A DNA stretch of 64,000 nucleotides from Schmidtea nova (Eukaryota): NCBI GenBank assembly GCA_044892505.1, contig CM097882.1, forward strand, positions 262,446,001 through 262,510,000. Reading direction: 5' to 3'. A program made the translations under genes and the position numbers. Below the pieces are notes generated by a model, which was given only the letters and a program-made list of their open reading frames with translations, searched no databases and was not told where the DNA came from. Shown here piece by piece: positions 36,240 to 48,465 of this stretch (within the stretch, counting starts at the first letter, position 1; every line of letters starts with the position of its first letter).

Positions 36240-39200
36240 AAAATATCAGCCACACGGTAAATGTTTGTGAAATCAGCGAATAACATTCAAGTTTTCAATG
36301 AAAATCCAAAATAGATAAGCATGAAAAAACACACTGATAAAATGAAACTCACATCTGATTGGTCTGCTAATTTATTAAGTAATATTACGCCATCAATTGA
36401 AAATCATTCAACTGATAAAAGCGCGTTATTTGAAACTGCTAATATTATTAAATCTTTTTTGGAGAATTTTTTGAAAGAATTTCAAAAGAACATCGACCTA
36501 ATGTATTTAAATGGATTATCTGATCTATCATAAAAGGTAAATTTTTTATTTTATTATTTAAGAGAATTTGCTGTTAATTTTGATGGTTTATTTAATAAGT
36601 TTAAAGATAATTTAATTAATGAAAATGATAATATTAATTCGTCAAACTTAAATATTGTTGGGCCAAGCAAATCAGAAACGAACTAAAAATTAAATTAAAG
36701 AAACAACAAGAAATAATCAAACAAATAACTAAATAGTCGACATTTTGACAAGCGCACAACAAAGCCTGAAAGGGTTAACAATAGATTAAATAAAATGTTG
36801 ACAACATAAACTTCCGCATGCAGAACGATGGAAGTAATAGAATAAAACTAGCTACTCAAAAATTGACAACGAGTAGGCGGATCAACCAGCACAAATCTAC
36901 AAAATAAAACAAATTAATAAAATAAAGTCACGGTTGATTAAACCGAAAACTCACTGGATTAAGCAAGTACGGACAAACGTTAAAAATAAAATATACACAA
37001 TAGCTGCATGCACAATGAATTCTGATTGGCTGGCCGGCAACATCATTTAGTATATAAGCAGCAGTCAAATTCAGTATATGATGTCATTTTTACCGAGAGT
37101 AAAATTTCTCACTGAGTCATTTTTTCTCTGTCTAAACGAATATCGATTGTTAGCGAGTCACTGTAAATTGAAAAATTCGAGGAAATAAAAGGTACGTTGA
37201 TTTAGAGTTTTTCATTTATTGTAAACCCTCATGATTTAAATTCATAAGGTTTGTCCCGAAGGTCATTCGATCTGACGGTATCTCGGCCTCTCAGCGCAAC
37301 ACATTTCCATGTGAGGGCTGATGCGGCGAGCCATTAAGTTTTCTAAAATCAGTTTGGGGGAGGGATGCACATGAATGGACGAGGTCAGTATTATAATCAG
37401 TAAAGTTTCGACAGTGTAGAGGAAAATACAGTTACTATCAGCATCGATTAATCAGTTGCAGTAAAACAGAATTAAAGGGTGCGTCTATACTTGACTGGAC
37501 AACAATGTCGTCACCGTAGAACCATACACAGACAGCCAGGGGTGGTATCATGATTATTAAAGCGTAGTAGGACCATTTCGATCGGAAGTCAATACCCTAG
37601 AAGCAAGTACGCGCAAGGAGTATAAACCTCTTGCATGAAGCCTGAATATAGGGGGATATCGTCTAGACTCCAGTAGGACGGATACATTCATAAAAGATTC
37701 CGAGATAGAGACGAACCCAAAAGAGTGACGTATCGTAGGGGGCCAGTTACTGACAATTCCGATACAAACACCGAAAACCCACTGCCGAATCATCCCTTGT
37801 TCTAAGAGAAATGTTAATATAGACGGTGATGATTTTTCACATCGAATGATGTAGAATGAAATGATGAGTGAGTATAACTGAGTAGGTGAAGTTGATCATC
37901 AATATACACATCGCTAGGTAACATCGTGAACAATGAACATTAACGAATCGATACATAAATGACAAATGTGAGTGGGCCTCACCACTAAATATAATATGAC
38001 TACGTATGAAACTGAACCATTTAGTCAAAAACACAAATGGATAATCAACAACTAACTGAGATGCAGGTAAGCAAAAATTCTTATTAATAAAATATGAGTG
38101 GATGATGTAGTATGAGGAATAGTTGGTATGATGGATGCATGTAGAGTTGACGGCTCAAACCAGGCAAAAACTAATTTAATACCATAATTCAAATGATATC
38201 GAAAAGAAGATCGCGACTATTACGAGCTCAGCCACGGAAGCCAACATTCTTAGAGGTTAATGCAATCCCAGAAACGATTAGGAGGGCAGCAGAACGCCAT
38301 CTCAGGGCGTGGAATCGTAGTCACGTAGATGCAAACGTGCGATCGGTGACATCCTCATTCAATACACTGATTCGGTGGAAAGGTGACCCATCGTGGCCGG
38401 CGTCTCCGATCGTTCAGATACCGGGACAGCAAAGATGGTTCATTCAGTTCGAGGACAAGCCGCTAAACTGATTGATGACCTTGGGGGTAGAACCTAGTTA
38501 CTAAAAACTGGCAATTATGAGGAGGCATAAAAATGGGAAATGAGCAAGATCGGTGGAACCTTGAATGCATAACACACTAATCCGCCCATTTTCTTTTTTA
38601 GATGTGTGCAGCAAAGACTCACGACTACCACGCAGAGGCAAAGGAATCCCGAAAAAGAGTCAAGGCCCTCGAGGGTCGGTTAGGCAGTTGGATGCCGAGT
38701 ACCAGTTGATAAAGACGACTTGGTTCCACCCGGAGCGGGAAAAGAGCATCCAACAGACCAGATATCGTGTTGAAAGAACAGCGTAAGAGCAGGCGCGAGA
38801 GACAGCAGCTGTCAAATTAGAGTTGAGCAATTACCTGCGGGCATCTACCAAGGAGTTCATTGAGCAACAATTACGACTGCTCATACGAACCAGCACCTTC
38901 GATCGATGGGTACAGTCTACTAGCGTCTCGATGGGCGTGCAGACTGATATGAATTTAAGTCCGAGTTCAGACGCCACGGAAAACTTGCAGAAATCAGGAA
39001 ATTAATTAAAAGTAAGAATTCTAATATTATATTAAATAAACTTGTTAGAATCCTTACAAATAAAGAAATGAAATTTTTATATCAATCATTCCCTCAATGT
39101 ATAACACATATAAAAAAGGAATCGATTTTTGAAAAAATTTCAAAAGAACAGCGATTTTATTGATTTAAATGGATTATCTGATATATCTGGCAAGCTAAAT

Positions 39201-41500
39201 GTTTTATTTTATTATTTAAGAGAATTTGATGTTAATTTTGATGGCTTATTTAATAAATATAAAGATAATTTAATTAATAAGAATGAAAATTAAATTTTAA
39301 TTTTAATTTTAATTCTTTAAACAATAATAATAAAGCTTTGGTTTCTCCTACTTTTATGAATTTTAAGGTTGTTGTGACAGGTGAGAAACGAACAGTGTCA
39401 CCTGTTTCTCCTGAATTTAATCATTATTTTCTAAAAGATGCAGCTTATAAAACTAATCAAATTGACGCTTCAAACTTTGAATGCATCTCAAATTTAATTG
39501 AAAAACCAACTCAATTACTAGATAATGAATCTCAGTTAACGGTTAATGAGAAATTAAACCCAATTATAAATAAACCTTTTCAAAAATCGGAAAATAAAAA
39601 GAAATTTATTAAAAGTAAGGATTCTATTATTATATTAAATAAACTTGTTAGAATCCTTACAAATAAAGAAATGATATTTTTATTACAATCATTCCCTCAA
39701 TGTATATCATATTTAAAAAAGAAGGAATCGGTTGATAAATTTAATTTAATTAATACTGAATTATCTAAAATATCAAAATTAAATAATCCCCTTAATATTA
39801 AAAAAATCGGAAAATAAAAAGAAATTTAATAACATTAATATTCAAGATAAAGCTTTGGTCTTTTCTACATTTATGAATTTTAAAGTTGTCGTGACAGGTA
39901 ACAAGCGAACAGTTTCACCTGTTTCTCCTGAATTCAATCATATTTTCCAAAAGATATATCAAATTAAAATAAGCAAATTAAAGCTATAGACGTTGAATGT
40001 TTCTCAAATTTAACTGAAAAGCCAACTCAAGGACACCATAATGAATCTCAGTTACCAGTTAATGGGAAATTAAACCCAATTATAAGTTAGCCATTTCAAA
40101 AATTTGAAAATAAAAAGAAATTTATTGAAAGTAAGGATTCTAATATTATAACAAATAAACTTGTCAGAATCCTTACAAATAAAGAAAAGAAATTTTTATA
40201 TCAATTATTCCCTCAATGTATAAAAGAAGGAATCGGTTGATAAATATAATTTAATTAATCATGAATTGTCTAAAATATCAAAACTAAATAACCCCCTTAA
40301 TATTATCGGATTTGAGAAGTTATTTTATCGAAACAACAACATTTGTGTTTCGAGTACTTTTAATAATAAAAAATCAACGATTTCATCAACTGGTTATAAG
40401 CCAAATGGAATCTGTATTATAAAATGACAAATTGTAAAATCTTACGACTCTAAATTAAAGTTTGTTCCTGCTTCTTATGCTATTAAAAAATTCTTGTTTG
40501 CCTTATCCAATAAACTTGCAGAAACAGTTGCAATAAAAAATGTAAATGCAAGAGTTGTTCAGATAAATAACATTCTAAAATCACTAAAAGATCACAATTT
40601 TCTTCCTGATTTTTTGACAAAATCACAAGTCAAGTACTGTGATGGTGATTTTGTAATGCTTGGGAAGATATGAATGAAACTGTAAATAATTTAGAAGTTT
40701 CACGTTCTCAACTTCTTGATTTATATGTCTCATTTCCAAAACTTCAAGAACTTTATCGAAATCTTTATCGAAAAGATGTTTTAAAAACCAGAAAAATTAA
40801 TAGAATTAATTAATAAACTCAAATTAAATAAAGGCTTCCCTGAGCAAATCTCATTTGTGGGGGGGGGGGGGTTAAATTTATAATAAATGATAAAAATATT
40901 AATATTGATAATTCACAATCATGAACTGTCAATTATATGATGTTTTATATTGGCTTGCTGAATTTTGTTGAATTATCTAAAGACAGTGAATTTAAATCAT
41001 TAATAAATAAACCACAATCCTCTGAAAAACTAGTAGATATCATATTTTATTTGAACTGTCTGAATTTAAAAACACCTTAAAATATAAATCAAACGGAACA
41101 TATGGTGAATATGTTCATAGCTATGTGAGAAATTGCTTATTAATGCACTCAATAACCAACATCGAATCATGCTCTTCACTTGAACTAGACAATGTTGAAA
41201 CCTGGGGTGCAGAGATGATTAAGGAGATTCCTTCTTCGTCATATTACTTCTCTAGCTGCCAAGAGAGAATTCTTAAGTTGAAACAAAGTAAACTGTCAGA
41301 GGAAATAGATAGGATTCACAACATCATTTCCCAGAAACCATAACTAAAGTAAACGACTTATTTGATTCTTTAGATAAATCTTTTCCTAATTATTTTGATC
41401 AAGTAAATAATTGGATAAAATTGAGTTCATTATTCAATGATTGGGAAAGTGATTCGAATAACGAAAATGAGTTAAAAGAAAAACGTCTTATGTATTTTGC
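36240..41500 (+). repeat. Locally multiplied, degenerate A-rich coding-like segments
   Basis: AAGTAAGGATTC..AATAAACTTGTTAGAATCCTTACAAATAAAGAAA near 39010, 39612 and 40130; GATGG.TTATTTAATAA.TATAAAGATAATT near 36583 and 39240. Confidence 0.7.
36690..39005 (+). mobile_element. Decayed copy of the promoter plus two-gene cassette
   Basis: ATTGG 37025-37029, TATATAA 37051-37057, donor AAG|GTACGT at 37192. ORF 38193-38471 resembles cassette protein A; 38565-39005 resembles cassette protein B. Confidence 0.65.
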
Positions 41501-41559
41501 TGTTATGGACAAGAAAATATATCTAGTTTTCTAACAATCGTTCCGCATCTATCAATCTT

Positions 41560-42095
41560 CATATTAATCTTACCAACTAGTTTTACACCCTAACCAGCTA
41601 GTTCTTAATATGAACCTTATAGCATTCAACCAACAAACTAATAATTCACTCTATACACATTACCCAGCCAAAAATCAAATACGTACTAACCAATTAATTT
41701 TACAGAATAACCGGTTAGTTTTACATTATTTTACCACAAAATAAACCACTTAATAACTCACTATATACATATTAACCACATGGAACCACGTACTCATTAA
41801 CCAACTAGTTCTTCATATTAACCTTATATCATTCAACCAACAACTTAACAATTCACTATATACACATAACTAGTCAAAACCAAGTACTTGATAACCAAAA
41901 CGTTTTACCACTACATCAACCAGCTAACAACTAACTATATACACTTTAACAACATAGAAACCAAGTTCTCATTAACCAACTAGTTCTTCAAATTAACCTT
42001 GTATCATTCAGCCAACAAACTAGCAATTCACCCTATACACATTAACCAGTAAGAAACAAAGTACTTACTAACCCACTAGTTCAGTACACATTAAC
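41560..42095. repeat. Degenerate about 175-230-bp tandem repeat x3 (AACCAACTAGTTCTT...CATTCAACCAACAA)
   Basis: Units near 41565, 41798 and 41971. Confidence 0.75.
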
Positions 42096-42144
42096 CGATT
42101 TTGAATTAATCATCAAATTAATAACGGTCTCGGTATATAAAAAT

Positions 42145-42237
42145 AGTTTGTCGGCCTTTTAGCCTGTCGGCTATTTGCACTTGTCGGCCTTTTGTCTATT
42201 CGGCATTTAGGTTTTCTGCCTTTTGTTGTAGACCCGA
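42145..42237. mobile_element. Isolated MULE-type TIR remnant
   Basis: GTCGGCCTTT repeats ending GTAGACCCG. Confidence 0.5.
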
Positions 42238-42932
42238 AATTATAATAGTTTCCCAGGGGATTTTTATTATCATATTTTTAATTATTTCAACTTTGAAATT
42301 CATGTTTAATTATTTTTATTTTTTTAATTATTTTATTTTTATTATTTTTAATATTTTTTTATTGTAACTTTTTTTAAATTTAATAATATTACAGTGTAAA
42401 TATTTTCTATTAAATTGATTTCGTTTTTAAAATTTATATTTGTATTTTTTATTTAGATATATCTTTATTAATTTATAATACGAATTATATAACAATGTAA
42501 ATAATTTCTATTAATTTGATTTTTCATAAAATTTTTTGATTTATTTTGTTACAAATTTCAATTTGTTTAAATTTTTAATTATTCAAATATTTTATAATTT
42601 TAAAATACATTTTGTATGCAAACATCTTAGAGTTTATCAATAATATTTTTTAGAATAATTGATAAATTCAGAGGTAAAACTTTTATATTATTTAGGGTTA
42701 CCGATATTTATTTTTCTATGATGAAGATACCGATGTCTACAATAAAGAATATGTCAAAGAAACTTCGCAAGATGAACATGAAAATGTCAATGACGATGAT
42801 GTTGATGATAACAAAGAAGATTTCAAAGAAAAACCGATTATTTTAATTTTTTTTTTAATAATAATTTTTTAATAATACATTGTTTGATCAAAATAAAAAT
42901 GATTTCAAAACGGTTTTCGCTCGAATCAAAAA

Positions 42933-42950
42933 TGGTAGCAGAGCGTGGTT
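42933..42950 (+). promoter_or_regulatory. Second tRNA-iMet primer-binding site
   Basis: Identical 18-mer TGGTAGCAGAGCGTGGTT, 4 nt after CA (42927-42928), with AATAAA upstream. Confidence 0.8.
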
Positions 42951-43559
42951 CCCATCGGGGGACCACGCGCTCTCTGGATTTTTCGGAATAATTACTTTAT
43001 TATAAGAATAATAACTTATTAATTTTTAATATTAATTTTTATTGTTATTATAATAAATTAATATTTTTTATTATTTTAACGAATTATTTTTTAATAACAA
43101 ATAATATTAATGTTTAATTTTTTAATTACTTTTAATATTAATAATAAAAAGAATTTTCTACTTTTATTTTTTAATTAATTTTTATTTTAATAAGAATTAT
43201 TTATTAATTTTATTTTTAATTATAATAATAATTTATTTTTAATATGAATATAAATTGGTTTTTCTCCAACTTTTTATCGGCAAGAAACAGAAATGTGCCA
43301 ACTGCAGAAAATATAATTAAACTGTTATATGTTCGATATCATCAAGGTTTTTAACAATAAAGGGCCAGCTTTGAAATTCAGGTCCAAAACCAACAGTGTC
43401 ATTTTCAGGTGTGACTTGAATATATCCCATTGGTGATTCCTACCCACCATATTGCGTTATGATAACATTGACACTATCAATCACTCTTTGAAATTTTTAA
43501 TACAAATTATCCGGTTCACAATGTAAACTAAAAAAAGGAAGATAGCAGAAGAAAAGAGG

Positions 43560-45150
43560 AAATTTAATATCCAATGGACTGAAAAATATTTAGTGTCAGA
43601 GTTATTTGGTAATATAATGTGTCTTATATGTAATGATAAGATTAGCGTATGCAAGGAATACAATATCAAACGTCATTATATTTTGAAACATGAGTCAGAA
43701 TATAAGACGTATAATGAAGAAAAACGAAAATTAAAGAATTGACAACGGTAATTAGGCCACAACAAGTCAGTCTTCAAAAACATGTTGTTAAAACTGGAAC
43801 ATGTACAAAAGTTAGTTACCTTATAGTTGGGAAATTAGCTAAGAAAGGAAACCCACTTGTTGATGGAGAATTAGTAAAATAATGTCTTGTTATCGCTTTT
43901 AATGAGTACTGTCCAGACAAAGTGAATTTAGTAAAGGAAACATGTCTATCACATCAGACAATTGGCAGAAGAATTGATGACTTGGGTGATAATATTGAAG
44001 GCACGCTGAGGGATAAATTGTCTGCATGCGTTCTTTACAGTTTAGCGTTGGATGAAAGTACTGACCAAAGTGATACTGCCAAATTAGTTATTTTCATCAG
44101 AGGAATCGATATAAATTTCAATATTGTTGAAGAAATGTTGGACTTATGTCACATGAAAGGCACAACAACAGACAGGGACATTTTTGAGTTGGTTAATTTT
44201 TCATTAGATAAATTCAATGTTAAAAGGAAACACATTGATTCGATTACAACTGATGGTGCTCCTGTCCTGACTGGTAAACACAATGGTTTTATTACTTTAT
44301 TCTGTCTGTTGATCATGAGATTCTCAGTTACCATTGCTTGATACATAAACAACAATTATGTGCTCAAAAGCTAAATATGGAACATTTGATGACTGATCTT
44401 ATCAAGGCTGTTAATTTCATCAGATCACGGGGTTTAAATCATCGTGAATTTAAAGCATTCTTGAAGGAAGTTGGCATGGTATATTTTTCAAAAGTTAGAT
44501 GGCTCAGTAAAGCAGCAACCTTAAAAAGATTTCAGTTATTGTTGCCTGAAATAAAAGGGTTCTTGGAAGAAAAGATGCAATATGTGGATTTTTTTAGAAA
44601 ATGAAGAATGGTTGAATGATTTATCTTTCTTTGTAGACATTACTGAAGTATTAGCTGAACTTAATTTGCATTTACAAGGAAAGGACCAGTTGTGTTCCTC
44701 AATATTTGAGCGGATAACTAGTTTCACAATGAAATTGGAACTTTTTATAGCACAGCTAAATCTGGTAAAATTGTACACTTCGTAGTCTATCTGAAAGAGA
44801 AAAAAATTTCTGTAAACTATGAAAAATATACTAAATTGTGTGAAGATTTCCTTGAAGAGTTTACAATTAGATTTTCCGAATTTAGAAAGATTGAAAACGA
44901 GTTAAAATTGTTTAACCCTTTCGCGGACAATGACGTGTATACACGTCATACTACTGCGTTCTGTTGGGACATGCGTCCGCGAAAGGGTTAATGATCCATT
45001 TTCATTTGAATATGATAAACCACCAGAGGAGTATCAACTTGAACTAATTGAGCTGCAAAGTCAAAAGGGTTTAAAAACTTTCCATAGAGAGAACACACTT
45101 CCTTTATTTTATAAGAAATGGGGTCGCTAGGCAAAATCTTGGGGTCGCGA
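43560..45150 (+). pseudogene. hAT Charlie-type (GTF2IRD2/EPM2AIP1-like) transposase relic
   Basis: QWTEKYLV..CLICNDKISVCKEYNIKRHY, SLALDESTDQSDTAKL, ITTDGAP, VRWLSK, LNLHLQGKD; multiple stops; carries a piggyBac MITE. Confidence 0.88.
44916..44987. mobile_element. 72-bp piggyBac MITE, copy 1
   Basis: TTAA TSD on both sides; 13-bp TIR CCCTTTCGCGGAC; removal restores KLFNDPFSF in the host transposase. Confidence 0.95.
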
Positions 45151-46026
45151 AATTTTAATGTAAAATGTTTAAATACTTGAATTTATAAAATCTAGATATT
45201 TAATTGTGACATAATCACACAAATTCTAAAACTATATTTTTCATATGTATCTTTATCTCCTTCCTGGTAATGAGACCCGGAGTAAGTCGACAGATGTTTA
45301 ACAGTAAAATATTAAAATTTTCCAAACCTTGGTAACGTCACAATTATTACATTATTAAATTAGTTAACCACAGTGAACCGAGATGCTTAAAAACTTATAT
45401 TTAACAGCAAGTTGTTATTTGAGAATTTACTTTAACAAAAGTAAATTAAACCAGTGTAGTTTACATTTACTTCACATTGAACCAAGCGTGAAACGTTCAA
45501 TTTCTTATAGTGAACCGATGAAGCGACCACTTGATTTTAAACACTAGCACATAAAATCAATGATTTGGACGTTAATAAATCTAAATCTATAGCCACGTAA
45601 ATTTTAATAGAAAAATTATAATCATATATCACCGTACGGAAACATAAAACAGGGGGAATAAACAATAATCTATGTGGTGAACTCAAAAGTTTATTATAAT
45701 TGTGTTTTTTTATTAGTATTTTTATTATTAGTGTAGTTATTTTGATCTTGGGTGGTATATGGAGTTAACTTTAATTTTATTATTATTATTATTATTATTA
45801 TTCATATTTGAATTTCAAATTTGGCTTGCTATAGCAAAAGCTATAGTAAGCCAAATTGACAATTAAAAAGAAAATTTAAAAAATCGATAAAAGAATTATC
45901 AATAATATCACCAAGGAATATTATGAAAATTAGCAATTAACGACAAATAACAAAATTAGACATCTCCGAATCAACGTATATAGGAATAATCAAAGAATTA
46001 GATATCTCAGAATTAACGCAGAAAGG

Positions 46027-46335
46027 AATAATCAAAGAATTAATAGAAGATTTTATCCTAAAGAAATATTTTCGCCGACATCAAAGCTGATCTTTAAAAG
46101 GAAACAATAATCAAAGAATTAATAGAAGATTTTATCCTAAAGAAATATTTTCGCCGACATCAAAGCTGATCTTTAAAAGGAAACAATAATCAAAGAATTA
46201 ATAGAAGATTTTATCCTAAAGAAATATTTTCGCCGACATCAAAGCTGATCTTTAAAAGGAAACAATAATCAAAGAATTAATAGAAGAGTTCATCCCAAAG
46301 AAATATTTTGGCCGACATCAAAGCTGATCGTAAGA
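46027..46335. repeat. 79-bp tandem repeat (3 perfect copies plus 1 diverged)
   Basis: Unit starts at 46027, 46106, 46185 and 46264. Confidence 0.95.
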
Positions 46336-47279
46336 AGATTATAGCGTAACAATTCTATCCGAAACATTAAAGGAAGTGATCAGTTCAGAACAAATTTATT
46401 ATTCTAAGAACTTTGGAAATTCAAAACTTTATTGAATTACGTGAGTATCGGTTTAGTCTTTAATTAAATAAAAGTTGTTATACGTTATTGTTGGTTGTTA
46501 ACATTCTCATTTACAACATACACACGCACGCACTCACACCAAAAAGACATACGCATACACCCCGAGTGTCCCAACACAAATCGGCGACTCTCTCGGGCCC
46601 TACAATCCTTCTTCACACCCGCATACATAAAAAAATATGAACAACCCAAACTAATATTGAAAAGTGATTAGATACTTCACAATCTACATCAATCGATAAA
46701 TGTAATTCCACGAAAAAGCTGTTAATTAACAACATTTTTCTTTAAATCAAACGTGAGTGACATAATTTTCTAAAATCTGTAGGGTAAAGATTGACTCAAA
46801 CTACGGCAACGACACCTTTGATTTGCCATATAAGAACCAACTAAATAGGGCCGAATTAGAATTTCAAAAGCAATCTAACAGTTTCACCACGAACACGCCA
46901 AATGCAATCCCAAACAATTCATTCACCTAATCAAGTATCAGTAAATATCGCGTTAGAATAGGCGCTCATGGAGGTCATGAACATTCTAATGCCTCTACCA
47001 TTTACAAGAAGAATGTTGAAGGAAGACGCCTTTCATCTATTTACGGAGGACAAAAAAAGGCTTTCCTATCCTATTAGTATACCAGTCAAAAGCAACCCTG
47101 AAACCATAATTATGGAACGCAATAATAAATAAAAAATTATTTTGTATACCGGAACAAAAATATTGCATATATGATATATCCATAGATAATATTTAATTAA
47201 AAATTAAATTGGTGAAAAAAAATTATTTTCTTTGGACATTATTTAATAAAAAGTATAGTATATCAGTTAAGAAATAATT

Positions 47280-48465
47280 TTTTATGTGAGTGATGAAAAA
47301 AAATATGTTTAAAGTGAATGGTATCTATATATTAAATGCAATTAATGGGGCAAGTAAAACACTTCAAAAAGTTGAAATAAACATTGAAGTAGGTGTTAAA
47401 ATATATAATAGTTTATATGTATTTCTGCAGAGCAAACGAGAGTTAGAGTCTTTCAATTTTTATAAAAAAGAAGGAATTTTAATAACTGGGTGCCAAGATT
47501 TTAAAACAACTAGGCAACATAAAAGAAAAAACAATTCGACGAAAGTAGTACACCAGATCATTTTTTGTAGTAATACGATTTTTCGTATAAATTCATATTA
47601 CGTAATTCTTGATAAACTTCTCCTAGAAATAAAAGAAAATGTAGTTATGATGAAATATATTTAAAATTCGGATTTATTTTCGATTTAAAAAATTTAGATG
47701 ATACTGAAATTAGGGAGAAAGCCTCTAAATTATGTGAAATATACACGAACGATCTAGATAAAAGTTTAATTGAAGAATGCCTATATTTTAAAAATTTTAC
47801 TGCCCATAACAAAACTGGTACTGAAAATTCACAATCAGAAATTCTTTTAAAAACAATAATTGAGTCTGATATCGGATCCACTTTTCCAAACATAGAAATT
47901 ACGTTAAGAATATTTATGAGTGTAGGATTAACTAAGTGTTCAGGTGCAAGATCTTTTTCGCTTCTAAAAAGATTAAAAAATCATCTTCGTTCTTCCTTGC
48001 GACAAGAAAAATTTAATAATTTAAGTATATTAGCCATTGAGTCTGAATTTTTTGAAAGTATTGACTGAAGAAATAGTTGATAGTTTTGCAAGACATAAAT
48101 CTAGAAAGAAAAAAATATTGTAATCGTTTTTCTTCATTATACATATTAATTCTATTTAATGTTATATTTTGATATTTATGTTTGAAAGAAATTTATTTTT
48201 TTCTTAATTTTTTTGTTTAAAGAAAACATTAGACTGTTGAATTTTTGTAAGCTAATGTTATTTTAATATTATTTTTTTATTGTTTTTTTTGTTCGTTTGT
48301 TAACCTAGTCATTGAAATAAAATGATGTAATATATAATATTAATATATGTATATGCAATAATGTGTAATATTATTATTAAACATAATATATTTTTGTAAA
48401 AATTGTTTTTTAGGGGCGCATTATAGTTTATAGCACAGGGCGACAAATTTCTAAAGACGCCTTTG
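47280..48465 (+). pseudogene. 3' fragment of a ZMYM1-like hAT with right terminus
   Basis: FPNIEITLRIFMS..SGARSFS.LKRLKNHLRS; terminus CTAAAGACGCCTTTG at 48465. Confidence 0.8.

Noticed and set aside
46027-46335. 79-bp and 19-bp repeats as a CRISPR array
   Set aside because: No unique spacers, no cas genes, eukaryotic context.
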